Part shown: one piece after another, positions 10,461 through 17,304 of the stretch
Position numbering within the stretch: the stretch's first letter is position 1
Layout: each line of letters begins with the position of its first letter
Virus record (IMG/VR): IMGVR_UViG_3300037484_000138
Location: 1 to 39,875 of that record
Length of the DNA stretch: 39,875 nucleotides
Source of the DNA: a virus
Lineage: Duplodnaviria; Caudoviricetes
Reading direction: 5' to 3' (one strand)
Notes under the pieces: model-generated
Database searches by the model: none
Seen by the model: the letters and a program-made list of their open reading frames with translations, nothing else
Told to the model about the DNA's origin: nothing
Position numbers and translations under genes: made by a program

Positions 10461-10893
10461 ACCTCTCCAATAGTCTCAATATGCCTGCTTGCAAAAACTT
10501 GATCTCGTTCACTGTCAGGGCTTCGTCGTTCCGCATCTTGGCGATCATGCTGGCGCTTCGTATCACATCCTGCGCCAATGCAGAGAGACGTTCCACATCT
10601 GCCACATTCATCTTCCGTTTGCTTGTTGTTGTCTCGATGTACTGTGACAACAGGCTTCGTTGCACCGCCAATTCAGGCAGAATATCCAGCGGTTGCAGGT
10701 CGGTTGTGGCAGTCTTGAACTTGTCGGCTAACTGGCCTTTGAATACTGCCGCATATCGTCCGTGTTTATAGTTCGCGTTGTCGGGTCCGCTCGGGGTGAG
10801 ACCGCCGTGCAGTCTGCATCTCCCGTTTGCCATGGGGGACTTCTGGCAGGTTCGATCCTTGCCGCGAAGTTTCGCCCCGCAAATTCTTTTCAT
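10327..10893 (-). CDS. HGGxSTG-motif protein, probable terminase small subunit
   Basis: CGAK..C...NGRCRLHGG and N.NYKHGRY motifs, directly upstream of terL. Confidence 0.7.
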   Translation of the reverse strand: MKRICGAKLRGKDRTCQKSPMANGRCRLHGGLTPSGPDNANYKHGRYAAVFKGQLADKFKTATTDLQPLDILPELAVQRSLLSQYIETTTSKRKMNVADVERLSALAQDVIRSASMIAKMRNDEALTVNEIKFLQAGILRLLERYVPDTDARRNFIQELRELIPQRIDATPIEPAVLPIGAGEAVTVT

Positions 10894-10907
10894 AGGGTTA
10901 CCTCAAT

Positions 10908-11369
10908 TCACGCGCCTCCGTAGGGTCTATCATCGACTCTCCTGAACCTTGCGTATTGCACTGGCACAACCTGCGGCGCATGGATTTTCAACTGCCCAAC
11001 CAACTGCTCAGCCCAGCGTTGCAGGTCTGCAATAATTTCGTCACGCTCCCTCAACTCCAGGCGGTATTGCTCGTTCTCGCGCCGCACTTGCTGAATGTCC
11101 AGTCGTAGCGCTGTGATCTCGCTTCTGTCACACTGACCCTGCAATTCCTGCGCCTTGACTTTCTTTATCAACTCTTCAACCTGCTCCGCCCACATGTCTG
11201 CGATCTCGGCGTGCAGTTTGTCAGTCTCGGCTTTGGATTTCTTCGTGTCGGCTTGTGCCTTTTCGTTTTCGACTGGCGTTTTTTTTAGCGCGATCAGGGC
11301 AATGATCGTCCCAGGTATCGCCGCAATGATCGCTGTTATGATGATCGGAACGACCGTGCCCCAATCCAT
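10908..11369 (-). CDS. Membrane-anchored coiled-coil protein (lysis accessory/holin-like)
   Basis: N-terminal hydrophobic helix then coiled coil. Confidence 0.6.
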   Translation of the reverse strand: MDWGTVVPIIITAIIAAIPGTIIALIALKKTPVENEKAQADTKKSKAETDKLHAEIADMWAEQVEELIKKVKAQELQGQCDRSEITALRLDIQQVRRENEQYRLELRERDEIIADLQRWAEQLVGQLKIHAPQVVPVQYARFRRVDDRPYGGA

Positions 11370-11374
11370 ATTGC

Positions 11375-11722
11375 CTAAACCTTACGCCATGCGGAGGGGT
11401 AATACTTCTCCATGATCTGTTTCAAGAATGCCTGGTATATCAAAGCGGCAAAGGCCACGTAACCACCGATGTTTTGCAGGAAGTTTGTGATCGTATACAG
11501 TATTGAAACGGCGCACGCACCGGGATCTGTTGGCACACACACAGGCGCAGGTGGAAGGACGACTCCCTTCCACATCACGGCCAGTACGAATGACGCAACA
11601 TACACGCCCACCGTCAAATAAGCCGCAGGTATTTTCTTCCCTGTCCTTTGGTAGAGTTGGTTCAACACGAACACCACCACCGATGCGAACAAAGCGATCA
11701 AGTAAAACTGATAGTCAGACAT
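11375..11722 (-). CDS. Holin-like membrane protein
   Basis: 115 aa from ATG 11722 with AAGGAG RBS; about 3 hydrophobic helices; first late gene. Confidence 0.6.
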   Translation of the reverse strand: MSDYQFYLIALFASVVVFVLNQLYQRTGKKIPAAYLTVGVYVASFVLAVMWKGVVLPPAPVCVPTDPGACAVSILYTITNFLQNIGGYVAFAALIYQAFLKQIMEKYYPSAWRKV

Positions 11723-11748
11723 CGAATACTCCTTTGATTGTGACAACA

Positions 11749-11794
11749 AAAAACGGGTCACTCGAATGAGTGACCCGTTCAATGCTGTCGGTCT
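11749..11794 (-). terminator. Conserved late leader: AGACCGACAGCATTG + 12-bp hairpin + T-tract, copy 1
   Basis: 46 bp identical to 35211-35256; AACGGGTCACTC/GAGTGACCCGTT stem followed by Ts on - strand. Confidence 0.8.
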
Positions 11795-11803
11795 GAATTA
11801 TTT

Positions 11804-11875
11804 CCCTCTCACTTCTCCATCCTGCGGAGCGCCGAAGGTCGCGCAGTCGAAGGACGGGGGTGAGGTGGGGTGAGG
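11804..11875 (+). repeat. Composite REP-like element (family A variant inside degenerate family B)
   Basis: CATCCTGCGGAGCG...CGCGCAGTCGAAGGACG followed by GGGGTGAGGTGGGGTGAGG. Confidence 0.65.
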
Positions 11876-11892
11876 ACAATATGCCCTAAAAA

Positions 11893-11901
11893 ATTATAGC
11901 A
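11893..11901 (-). promoter_or_regulatory. Extended -10 promoter (TGCTATAAT), candidate late promoter
   Basis: Perfect TGnTATAAT on - strand upstream of the late leader. Confidence 0.55.
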
Positions 11902-11934
11902 CTATTTTAGATTCCCATCTCACCTCCAGCGTCC

Positions 11935-12062
11935 GCCGAACGATTTGCGTTAGCCGCGCTGGGGCTAGTGACGGCGAAGCCGTCAAACCAGATAAAGCCA
12001 ACAGCGTAGATAAAGCCTAATTACGACACAGAATCCTCAGCGTCGTACACGCTGTGTTAGCC
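11935..12062 (-). other. attC site (distal), 128 bp
   Basis: - strand GGCTAAC-ACAGCGTGTACGACGC...GCGGCTAACGCAAATC-GTTCGGC. Confidence 0.85.
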
Positions 12063-12261
12063 CGCTGACTATTTCGGCGTAACGTTTTGGATGGCAATAG
12101 ATCGCGCCGCCAATAATATAAACTCCTGGGGTTTCGCGCATTTTTTGAAAAGGTTTCCACGGAAAAGAAAACAACCTTTCTTTCCATGTACGCTTTACCC
12201 AAACTGTTTCTGGAACCCATTTACTTTGAATGATTGGTGTGCTTGTTGTTTGATTTAACAT
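12037..12261 (-). CDS. Cassette ORF, hypothetical (74 aa)
   Basis: ATG 12261 with GGAGA RBS just after R'; ends 26 nt inside attC. Confidence 0.7.
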   Translation of the reverse strand: MLNQTTSTPIIQSKWVPETVWVKRTWKERLFSFPWKPFQKMRETPGVYIIGGAIYCHPKRYAEIVSGLTQRVRR

Positions 12262-12275
12262 ATTTTCTCCGAGCG

Positions 12276-12404
12276 GGCTAACGGTTTGCGTTACTGGTTT
12301 GTGGGCGGGCTGGGTAACTGCTTGAGAGCAGGATAAACCCGAAGCCAGAAAACTACTTGTAAACCGCGCAGACTCCCACAAATCCAGTGCATGCGGTGTT
12401 GGGC
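12276..12404 (-). other. attC site, 129 bp
   Basis: GCCCAAC-ACCGCATGCACTGGATTTGTGGG...CCCACAAACCAGTAACGCAAACC-GTTAGCC. Confidence 0.88.
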
Positions 12405-12407
12405 AGA

Positions 12408-12623
12408 CTAATGACCGTAATTACAACCAATGCGGGCGGACATGCCATTGATAAGCACGTCTTTTTCAAACGAGCCGCAACAACCTTGCGCCGCAACTGC
12501 TTCAAATTCCGCGACCTGCTCACCAACACTCAAAAAACAAAAGCGGTGATTATCAATGCAGGGGTCATCAACTTCTGCTTCCATCCATTTATACGCTTCT
12601 TCAACTGTTGCAAATTCAGGCAT
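12408..12623 (-). CDS. Cassette ORF, hypothetical Cys-containing acidic protein (71 aa)
   Basis: RBS; stops just before R''. Confidence 0.75.
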   Translation of the reverse strand: MPEFATVEEAYKWMEAEVDDPCIDNHRFCFLSVGEQVAEFEAVAAQGCCGSFEKDVLINGMSARIGCNYGH

Positions 12624-12655
12624 GATAGCCTACCTTTCTTGCGGGCAAGGGGTCT

Positions 12656-12745
12656 GCCGAACGGTTGAACTCACTGGCGCAAGCCTTATAACCCCTGCTT
12701 GAACGCGCCCTGTGGCGTAGCGTCTAGTGCAGTGACGTGTTCGGC
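12656..12745 (-). other. attC site, 90 bp
   Basis: GCCGAAC-ACGTCACTGCACTAGACGC...GCGCCAGTGAGTTCAACC-GTTCGGC. Confidence 0.8.
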
Positions 12746-12958
12746 GGCGACAAATTCAAGCTCCCAATACTGAACCTTTCTAATTTGCCTCTTGCCACTC
12801 TTGCCAACTTCACGAAGATGTAAGCCACCATGTTTACCTATGATTTCAAAACGTGTGCCAGCAGGAAATACAATACCGCCGCGAGTTTGCAATTCATTCT
12901 TATTGACAGCATAGAACTTTTGCAATTCAATCAATGACATTCGATCAAATCTTTTCAT
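12686..12958 (-). CDS. Cassette ORF, hypothetical basic protein (90 aa)
   Basis: ORF between attC sites; ends 60 nt inside attC; preceded by (CCGAGAAA)x3. Confidence 0.7.
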   Translation of the reverse strand: MKRFDRMSLIELQKFYAVNKNELQTRGGIVFPAGTRFEIIGKHGGLHLREVGKSGKRQIRKVQYWELEFVAAEHVTALDATPQGAFKQGL

Positions 12959-12990
12959 GTTTTCTCGGTTTCTCGGTTTCTCGGAAGTCC

Positions 12991-13115
12991 GCCGAACGGC
13001 TTGCGTTACTTGCGGGGCGATTCATAGTGCGAGCAATTGGGTTTATGAACCACAACTTGAGGGACACTACATTCAGGGCACAGCCCAGCCCCGTCAAGTG
13101 CACGCTTTGTTAGAA
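12991..13115 (-). other. attC site, 125 bp
   Basis: TTCTAAC-AAAGCGTGCACTTGACGGGG...CCCCGCAAGTAACGCAAGCC-GTTCGGC. Confidence 0.88.
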
Positions 13116-13248
13116 GGCTCATTTCCCGCAAAGCCCTCTCTGCCTCAAGACACATCATATAACACGTATTCTCGCCATGCTTATGACTGCGCCGGTAATA
13201 TCCGATAATTTGCTCAAGAGCATTTTTAGCAATTTCAAGTTCATTCAT
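13006..13248 (-). CDS. Cassette ORF (80 aa) with C-terminal CxxC...HxxxC motif
   Basis: ATG 13248 with AGGAGG RBS supplied by upstream R'; runs 110 nt into attC. Confidence 0.7.
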   Translation of the reverse strand: MNELEIAKNALEQIIGYYRRSHKHGENTCYMMCLEAERALREMSLLTKRALDGAGLCPECSVPQVVVHKPNCSHYESPRK

Positions 13249-13256
13249 AATATGCC

Positions 13257-13420
13257 TCCTAATGGGGCGAGCGTCACCCGCCATCCGAGCGGGTTGAAAT
13301 GCCCTTCCCGTTGCACGCATTACACTCGACATATTGATACGCAGTTTCAGGGACGCGCCCCATGCCATTACAGTCAGGGCATTTCTGCTCGGATTGGACG
13401 GGTGCACGCAGTAGTTCGGC
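13257..13420 (-). other. attC site with variant R' (ATTAGGA), 164 bp
   Basis: GCCGAAC-TACTGCGTGCACCCGTCCAATCCGAGC...GCTCGGATGGCGGGTGACGCTCGCCCC-ATTAGGA. Confidence 0.75.
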
Positions 13421-13537
13421 GGCGCGGTCAGGCACGCTGATATTAGAAATGACGACCTCTTGCCCAGCGGAATCATACTGCCGTACAACAACAAGCACAG
13501 CTCTATCATCAATTTCTATCTCATACTTTTCAGGCAT
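13274..13537 (-). CDS. Cassette ORF (87 aa) with DnaJ-type CxxCxGxG Zn finger
   Basis: CPDCNGMG...CNACNGKG; AAAGGA RBS; runs 147 nt into attC. Confidence 0.72.
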   Translation of the reverse strand: MPEKYEIEIDDRAVLVVVRQYDSAGQEVVISNISVPDRAAELLRAPVQSEQKCPDCNGMGRVPETAYQYVECNACNGKGISTRSDGG

Positions 13538-13626
13538 ATTGATTTATCCTTTCAACGAGCCGAACTACTGCGTTCTTTACGCTCGCCCATTCGGCGGATG
13601 CAAGCCCCCCGCAGTTTGGGGGAGCG

Positions 13627-13675
13627 CAGCGTCCGCCGAACTCATGATTCAACAGCAACACGCTGTTTAATAACG
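13627..13675 (-). other. Candidate attI-like site overlapping the intI 3' end
   Basis: intI stop TGA is immediately followed by G|TTCGGCGGACGCTG, the same sequence found after the distal attC. Confidence 0.5.
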
Positions 13676-14622
13676 GGACTTACACTATCTAGCGGACTAA
13701 CAACTCCGCTTCCCTTCATCGTCACATGTGTATAGATCATCGTAGTCTTCACATCCTTGTGCCCAAGTAACTCCTGTATCGTGCGGATGTCATACCGAAG
13801 TTCAAGCAGTCGTGTCGCAAACGAATGACGGAATGTGTGGGGACCTGCATTCTTATGGACACCCGCTTTCCTTACCGCCGCCTTGACTGCCTTCTGCACA
13901 CTCGTCTCATAGACATGATGACGCCGCTCTCTCCCGCTCCGTGGATCTGTAGAGAATCCGCCAGCGGGAAACACATACTGCCATGCCCATTCATACGGCG
14001 CTCTTGGATATTTCCTATCCAACGCATTCGGAAGTTCTACTTCGCCACGCCCATCTGCCAGGTCAATCGTGTGTTGCGCCTTTACCTTTGCCATGTGTAA
14101 CATCAATGCAGGTATCACCGACTCTGGTAGCACAGTGACCCGATCACGGTTCGACTTCGTTCCTCTCAACGTGATTGTCCGATTTCCAAAGTCAACATCC
14201 TTCACTCTTAGCCGCAGGCATTCCAACAAACGCAAACCGCTACCATACATCAACTGCCCCATGATCCGATACTGACCGTTCAACTGTTCGAGTATCCGTA
14301 TGGCTTCCTCGTGTGTCAGCACAACTGGCAGGTACATGGACTTCCGCGCAATTGGCACACCTGCATCATCGAACACCACGCCATACAATCCATACAGGAA
14401 CTTCAATGCCGCCCGCGCCTGGTTTTGTGTGGACGCGCTTACATTCTCATCAACTGCCAGATGAGTCAGGAACCGCTTTACTCCATCCATCCCAGCCTCT
14501 CTCGGATGGGTCGGCTTCGTGAACTTCACGTAATGCCTGATCCAGTGCATGTACGTCTTCTCGGTGCGATAGGCGTAATGCTTTGTCCGTAAAGCGTCAC
14601 GCACGGTTGAATACAAATTCAT
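13642..14622 (-). CDS. intI: Integron integrase (326 aa)
   Basis: [11 protein letters not shown]-domain, [11 protein letters not shown], integron-specific insert [51 protein letters not shown]; ATGA overlap with upstream gene. Confidence 0.96.
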   Translation of the reverse strand: MNLYSTVRDALRTKHYAYRTEKTYMHWIRHYVKFTKPTHPREAGMDGVKRFLTHLAVDENVSASTQNQARAALKFLYGLYGVVFDDAGVPIARKSMYLPVVLTHEEAIRILEQLNGQYRIMGQLMYGSGLRLLECLRLRVKDVDFGNRTITLRGTKSNRDRVTVLPESVIPALMLHMAKVKAQHTIDLADGRGEVELPNALDRKYPRAPYEWAWQYVFPAGGFSTDPRSGRERRHHVYETSVQKAVKAAVRKAGVHKNAGPHTFRHSFATRLLELRYDIRTIQELLGHKDVKTTMIYTHVTMKGSGVVSPLDSVSPVIKQRVAVES

Positions 14623-14804
14623 TCTTTCATTCCCGTCCACGGATGATACAACTCTACCCAACACTTCATGCACAGCCTCACCCTTCCGCCCACCACATGA
14701 TCCCCGCGCTTCACATCCTTCTCGAACACCAACGCCCCGCAATGGAAACACCGCCGAACCTGATGTTCATCCAACCATGCCAGCAACCGCCTCCACCACA
14801 TCAT
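14619..14804 (-). CDS. Small Zn-finger protein
   Basis: CFHC...CMKC; ATGA overlaps at both ends. Confidence 0.7.
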   Translation of the reverse strand: MMWWRRLLAWLDEHQVRRCFHCGALVFEKDVKRGDHVVGGRVRLCMKCWVELYHPWTGMKE

Positions 14805-15037
14805 CGTTCACCTTCTCTCGGCTTCGTAAATGCCACATCATCGCTTGCCTTGCAGTGACGTGGATACCCCTTGTCATTCATCGTGATCGTTACGCTCTGA
14901 TCACAACGCCTCTCCACTGCCCGCTCCTGCGTGCGTAACAAGGCGTCTGTCCACACCTCCAACTGCTCCACAGAAAACACCATCAGCAGTCTCTCCAGCA
15001 AATCTACCTTCCTCGTCAGGGGTGGGGTCGTGTTCAT
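14801..15037 (-). CDS. Hypothetical protein
   Basis: 78 aa, ATGA-coupled. Confidence 0.7.
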   Translation of the reverse strand: MNTTPPLTRKVDLLERLLMVFSVEQLEVWTDALLRTQERAVERRCDQSVTITMNDKGYPRHCKASDDVAFTKPREGER

Positions 15038-15282
15038 TGCTTCACCTCCATTGCCTCGTATCTGATCTCTCTTGCCATCGTCGGCAAACCATAATGCCCA
15101 AGGTTCTCATACTCATCTGCCAGGTTCAACAATCCCATGCGGTCCCCAGCCGCCGTCAACTTCATCCGCCTGTCGTTCATCTTCCCCAACCGCTCGATCC
15201 GCTTCAACACCTCAGGCTTGATCTCTCCACGCAACGCCGGCACGCCATCACCCTTCTCCGCATAAATGGATTGTGTTCTCAT
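15034..15282 (-). CDS. Hypothetical protein
   Basis: 82 aa from ATG 15282, GGAGG RBS. Confidence 0.65.
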   Translation of the reverse strand: MRTQSIYAEKGDGVPALRGEIKPEVLKRIERLGKMNDRRMKLTAAGDRMGLLNLADEYENLGHYGLPTMAREIRYEAMEVKQ

Positions 15283-15350
15283 CCCGCCTCCCCACCCCAC
15301 TCACCCATCTCTTCCCTGCTCATGACAATATCCATCATACGCATGGCGAA

Positions 15351-16337
15351 TCATGCCCTTTCTTCGGTGGGGGAGGGGGATGGGCGCTCGATCACCAGAC
15401 CCTCTGGCAATCTTCTTCCTTCCATCCAACCCCGCAAAAAGTCCATCAGCGCCTCCGTTGCCACCAATTGATCGTTCTCCCCTGAGATCGCAAACGGCAG
15501 GGAAGAAGGCTTGGGTGCTTCTCCAAACGGGTCACGCAACCAGGCGCGGAACTGCAAATAGGTATCTCGCTTGAACAACGTCCCGTTCCCCTCCCATTGA
15601 TTGATCGCTAATGTCCGCCTCTTCCCCAATATTTCCACGGCAAACTCTGTTAACTGATCCTCAGAACACGGGATGGTGATCTTCTTGTCACTGCTTCCAT
15701 GGCTGTGTGACTGCTTCATCCACATCACCAGTTCCTCGTCTGGCTTTCCCTCTTCCATCTTCTGCAATGGATGTCTCAATACAAATACCGATAGGCTCAC
15801 CATGAACACCACCAGCCCCCCCAATCCTGTGATCTGCACGATCTCTAACACCCCGCCAAACTTCTTATAATTCTCTGCCCGCACCGCCGCCACGATCTGC
15901 GTAGGGTAGACTGCCGTGCGAGTCATCTCTGCTGCAACCATCCTATTCCTCTCGCTGATTTGCGTGTTGACGTACACCTGTTGAGTGGCCGTCAAGGGGA
16001 TGGATGTGTTTGCGACTATCGCTGTCCATTCGCTGATCGCCTGTTCTCTTTGTTCTGCATCAGCCGTCAACAGCAATTGTCCCATCAACAACTGCTCATG
16101 CTCTGCTGTCACAATCGTATTCACCCTGCGGGCTTCGTCCGCTGTCTGCTGTGCGATGATCGCGGTCTGCATGTAATCAACTGTGGATGTCGGAACAGGA
16201 GTTGTGGTGTCGTCTGTCTTCTGCACCTGCATCACATTCTTGGATACGGGCGTACTCACAGAACCCGTCCGCGAACGTATGGCTACTCCGATCACAAATA
16301 TCATCAAGACTCCTACAGCTATCATTACCTTCCTCAT
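15351..16337 (-). CDS. Membrane protein with Thr/Ala-rich (ATQT-like) ectodomain
   Basis: N-terminal signal/TM helix plus second TM helix; ATGA overlap. Confidence 0.65.
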   Translation of the reverse strand: MRKVMIAVGVLMIFVIGVAIRSRTGSVSTPVSKNVMQVQKTDDTTTPVPTSTVDYMQTAIIAQQTADEARRVNTIVTAEHEQLLMGQLLLTADAEQREQAISEWTAIVANTSIPLTATQQVYVNTQISERNRMVAAEMTRTAVYPTQIVAAVRAENYKKFGGVLEIVQITGLGGLVVFMVSLSVFVLRHPLQKMEEGKPDEELVMWMKQSHSHGSSDKKITIPCSEDQLTEFAVEILGKRRTLAINQWEGNGTLFKRDTYLQFRAWLRDPFGEAPKPSSLPFAISGENDQLVATEALMDFLRGWMEGRRLPEGLVIERPSPSPTEERA

Positions 16338-16702
16338 CCTGCCGCCTTCATCCATTCCTCGATCCTTGCCAGCCTCTCACTCACTGGCTTCCGCAACCAC
16401 CTCTTCAACCACTCAGGCTTCCGCTCCCGTGGCTTCCGCTCCACATACACCCGCTTCCGCCTCGAAAGAAACAACCTCACCCGAAATCCCCTGCCCGTCT
16501 CCGTCGCATCCGTAGGCTCGAACCCATCCACCAGCAACCGATGGATATAGTAATAGTTCAGCCAGGGCTTTCCTGCATCCTGGTTCAACATCCGCTCCAG
16601 TTCCCGCATATTCCAGTCCGCCTTCCTATATAACGCCACCAACCTCCTCGGAGCGTTCCTATGGATGCCCTTCAACTCGTAGTAATCTCGTCTTACTCTC
16701 AT
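16334..16702 (-). CDS. Basic hypothetical protein, possible DNA binding
   Basis: 122 aa, Arg-rich. Confidence 0.6.
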   Translation of the reverse strand: MRVRRDYYELKGIHRNAPRRLVALYRKADWNMRELERMLNQDAGKPWLNYYYIHRLLVDGFEPTDATETGRGFRVRLFLSRRKRVYVERKPRERKPEWLKRWLRKPVSERLARIEEWMKAAG

Positions 16703-16806
16703 TCGTCCTGTGCTTTCCTGTGGTCAAACAGACACATTCGCGCATCCTAGTTCATTTGCTGTGTTCATGCGCTCATCGCCATGTGGTGTGCCTGATAAAT
16801 TTCTTA

Positions 16807-17199
16807 TCAATCACCCGTAACCTCTTCGGGTTTTTCTTCACCGAACTCGTCTCTCGGAACATACTTTGGGTTCAGGAATACCCAGCTATCGAACTCCCTG
16901 AACTCCGCCTTCCGCGCCGTATGTTTGAACAAATACCGCTTCACAGTCTCCGTCGAGATCTTCAACTCATACGCGCACTCTCTCAACACCTCAGCCTTCT
17001 TGATCCGCCCGCTCGGATTCTCCCCTATCAATTCTCGCACCAACCCCACGAACTCCTCCTCCGCCCAATCGTTGAACAACACCGGGTCAACGGTCTTCAT
17101 GTGACTTTGGTTTGTTCGCTTCTTCCCAGCCTTCCCCTCCTCCAATGCCTTCGCCGTCTTCCTCTGCCCAGCCTGTGCATTCTTCCTGATCTCATCCAT
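16807..17199 (-). CDS. Winged-helix-like DNA-binding protein
   Basis: CAYELKISTETVKRYL HTH pattern; AGGAG RBS. Confidence 0.6.
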   Translation of the reverse strand: MDEIRKNAQAGQRKTAKALEEGKAGKKRTNQSHMKTVDPVLFNDWAEEEFVGLVRELIGENPSGRIKKAEVLRECAYELKISTETVKRYLFKHTARKAEFREFDSWVFLNPKYVPRDEFGEEKPEEVTGD

Positions 17200-17211
17200 C
17201 GCTTATCTCCT

Positions 17212-17300
17212 ATACCTCTGAACTTCTGCACCTTTGTACCTCTGCCCCTCTGCTCTTCACACACACACACACACTTGCCTCATATATATATAGATGAGGG
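17212..17300. repeat. Degenerate octamer repeats plus (CA)8 and (AT)5 microsatellites
   Basis: - strand GCAGAGGG GCAGAGGT ACAAAGGT GCAGAAGT TCAGAGGT; CA run 17258-17274; AT run 17282-17292 inside CCTCAT/ATGAGG arms. Confidence 0.75.
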
Positions 17301-17304
17301 CACT

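Larger units (their letters stand above)
11927..14622 (-). mobile_element. Integron: intI plus array of 5 gene cassettes
   Basis: IntI-specific motifs, five attC sites with small ORFs between them. Confidence 0.92.

Noticed and set aside
11723-11782. Shared MNGSLIRVTRF N-terminus of holin and scaffold ORFs
   Set aside because: Artefact of the duplicated non-coding leader; better starts with RBS at 11722 and 35178
12262-13512. Longer ORF-track versions of cassette ORFs (12037..12381, 13006..13512)
   Set aside because: Extensions begin in attC stems or overlap another cassette ORF; internal ATGs have proper RBS
11935-13641. CRISPR array
   Set aside because: Repeats are divergent attC hairpins separated by genes; no constant repeat-spacer period and no cas genes
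13642-14622. Ordinary phage tyrosine integrase or XerC/D
   Set aside because: Has the integron-specific insert and adjacent attC array; the phage has a separate serine integrase
14623-14751. 43-aa N-terminal extension of IntI in the ORF track
   Set aside because: Overlaps the Zn-finger gene; IntI similarity starts at ATG 14622 with ATGA coupling
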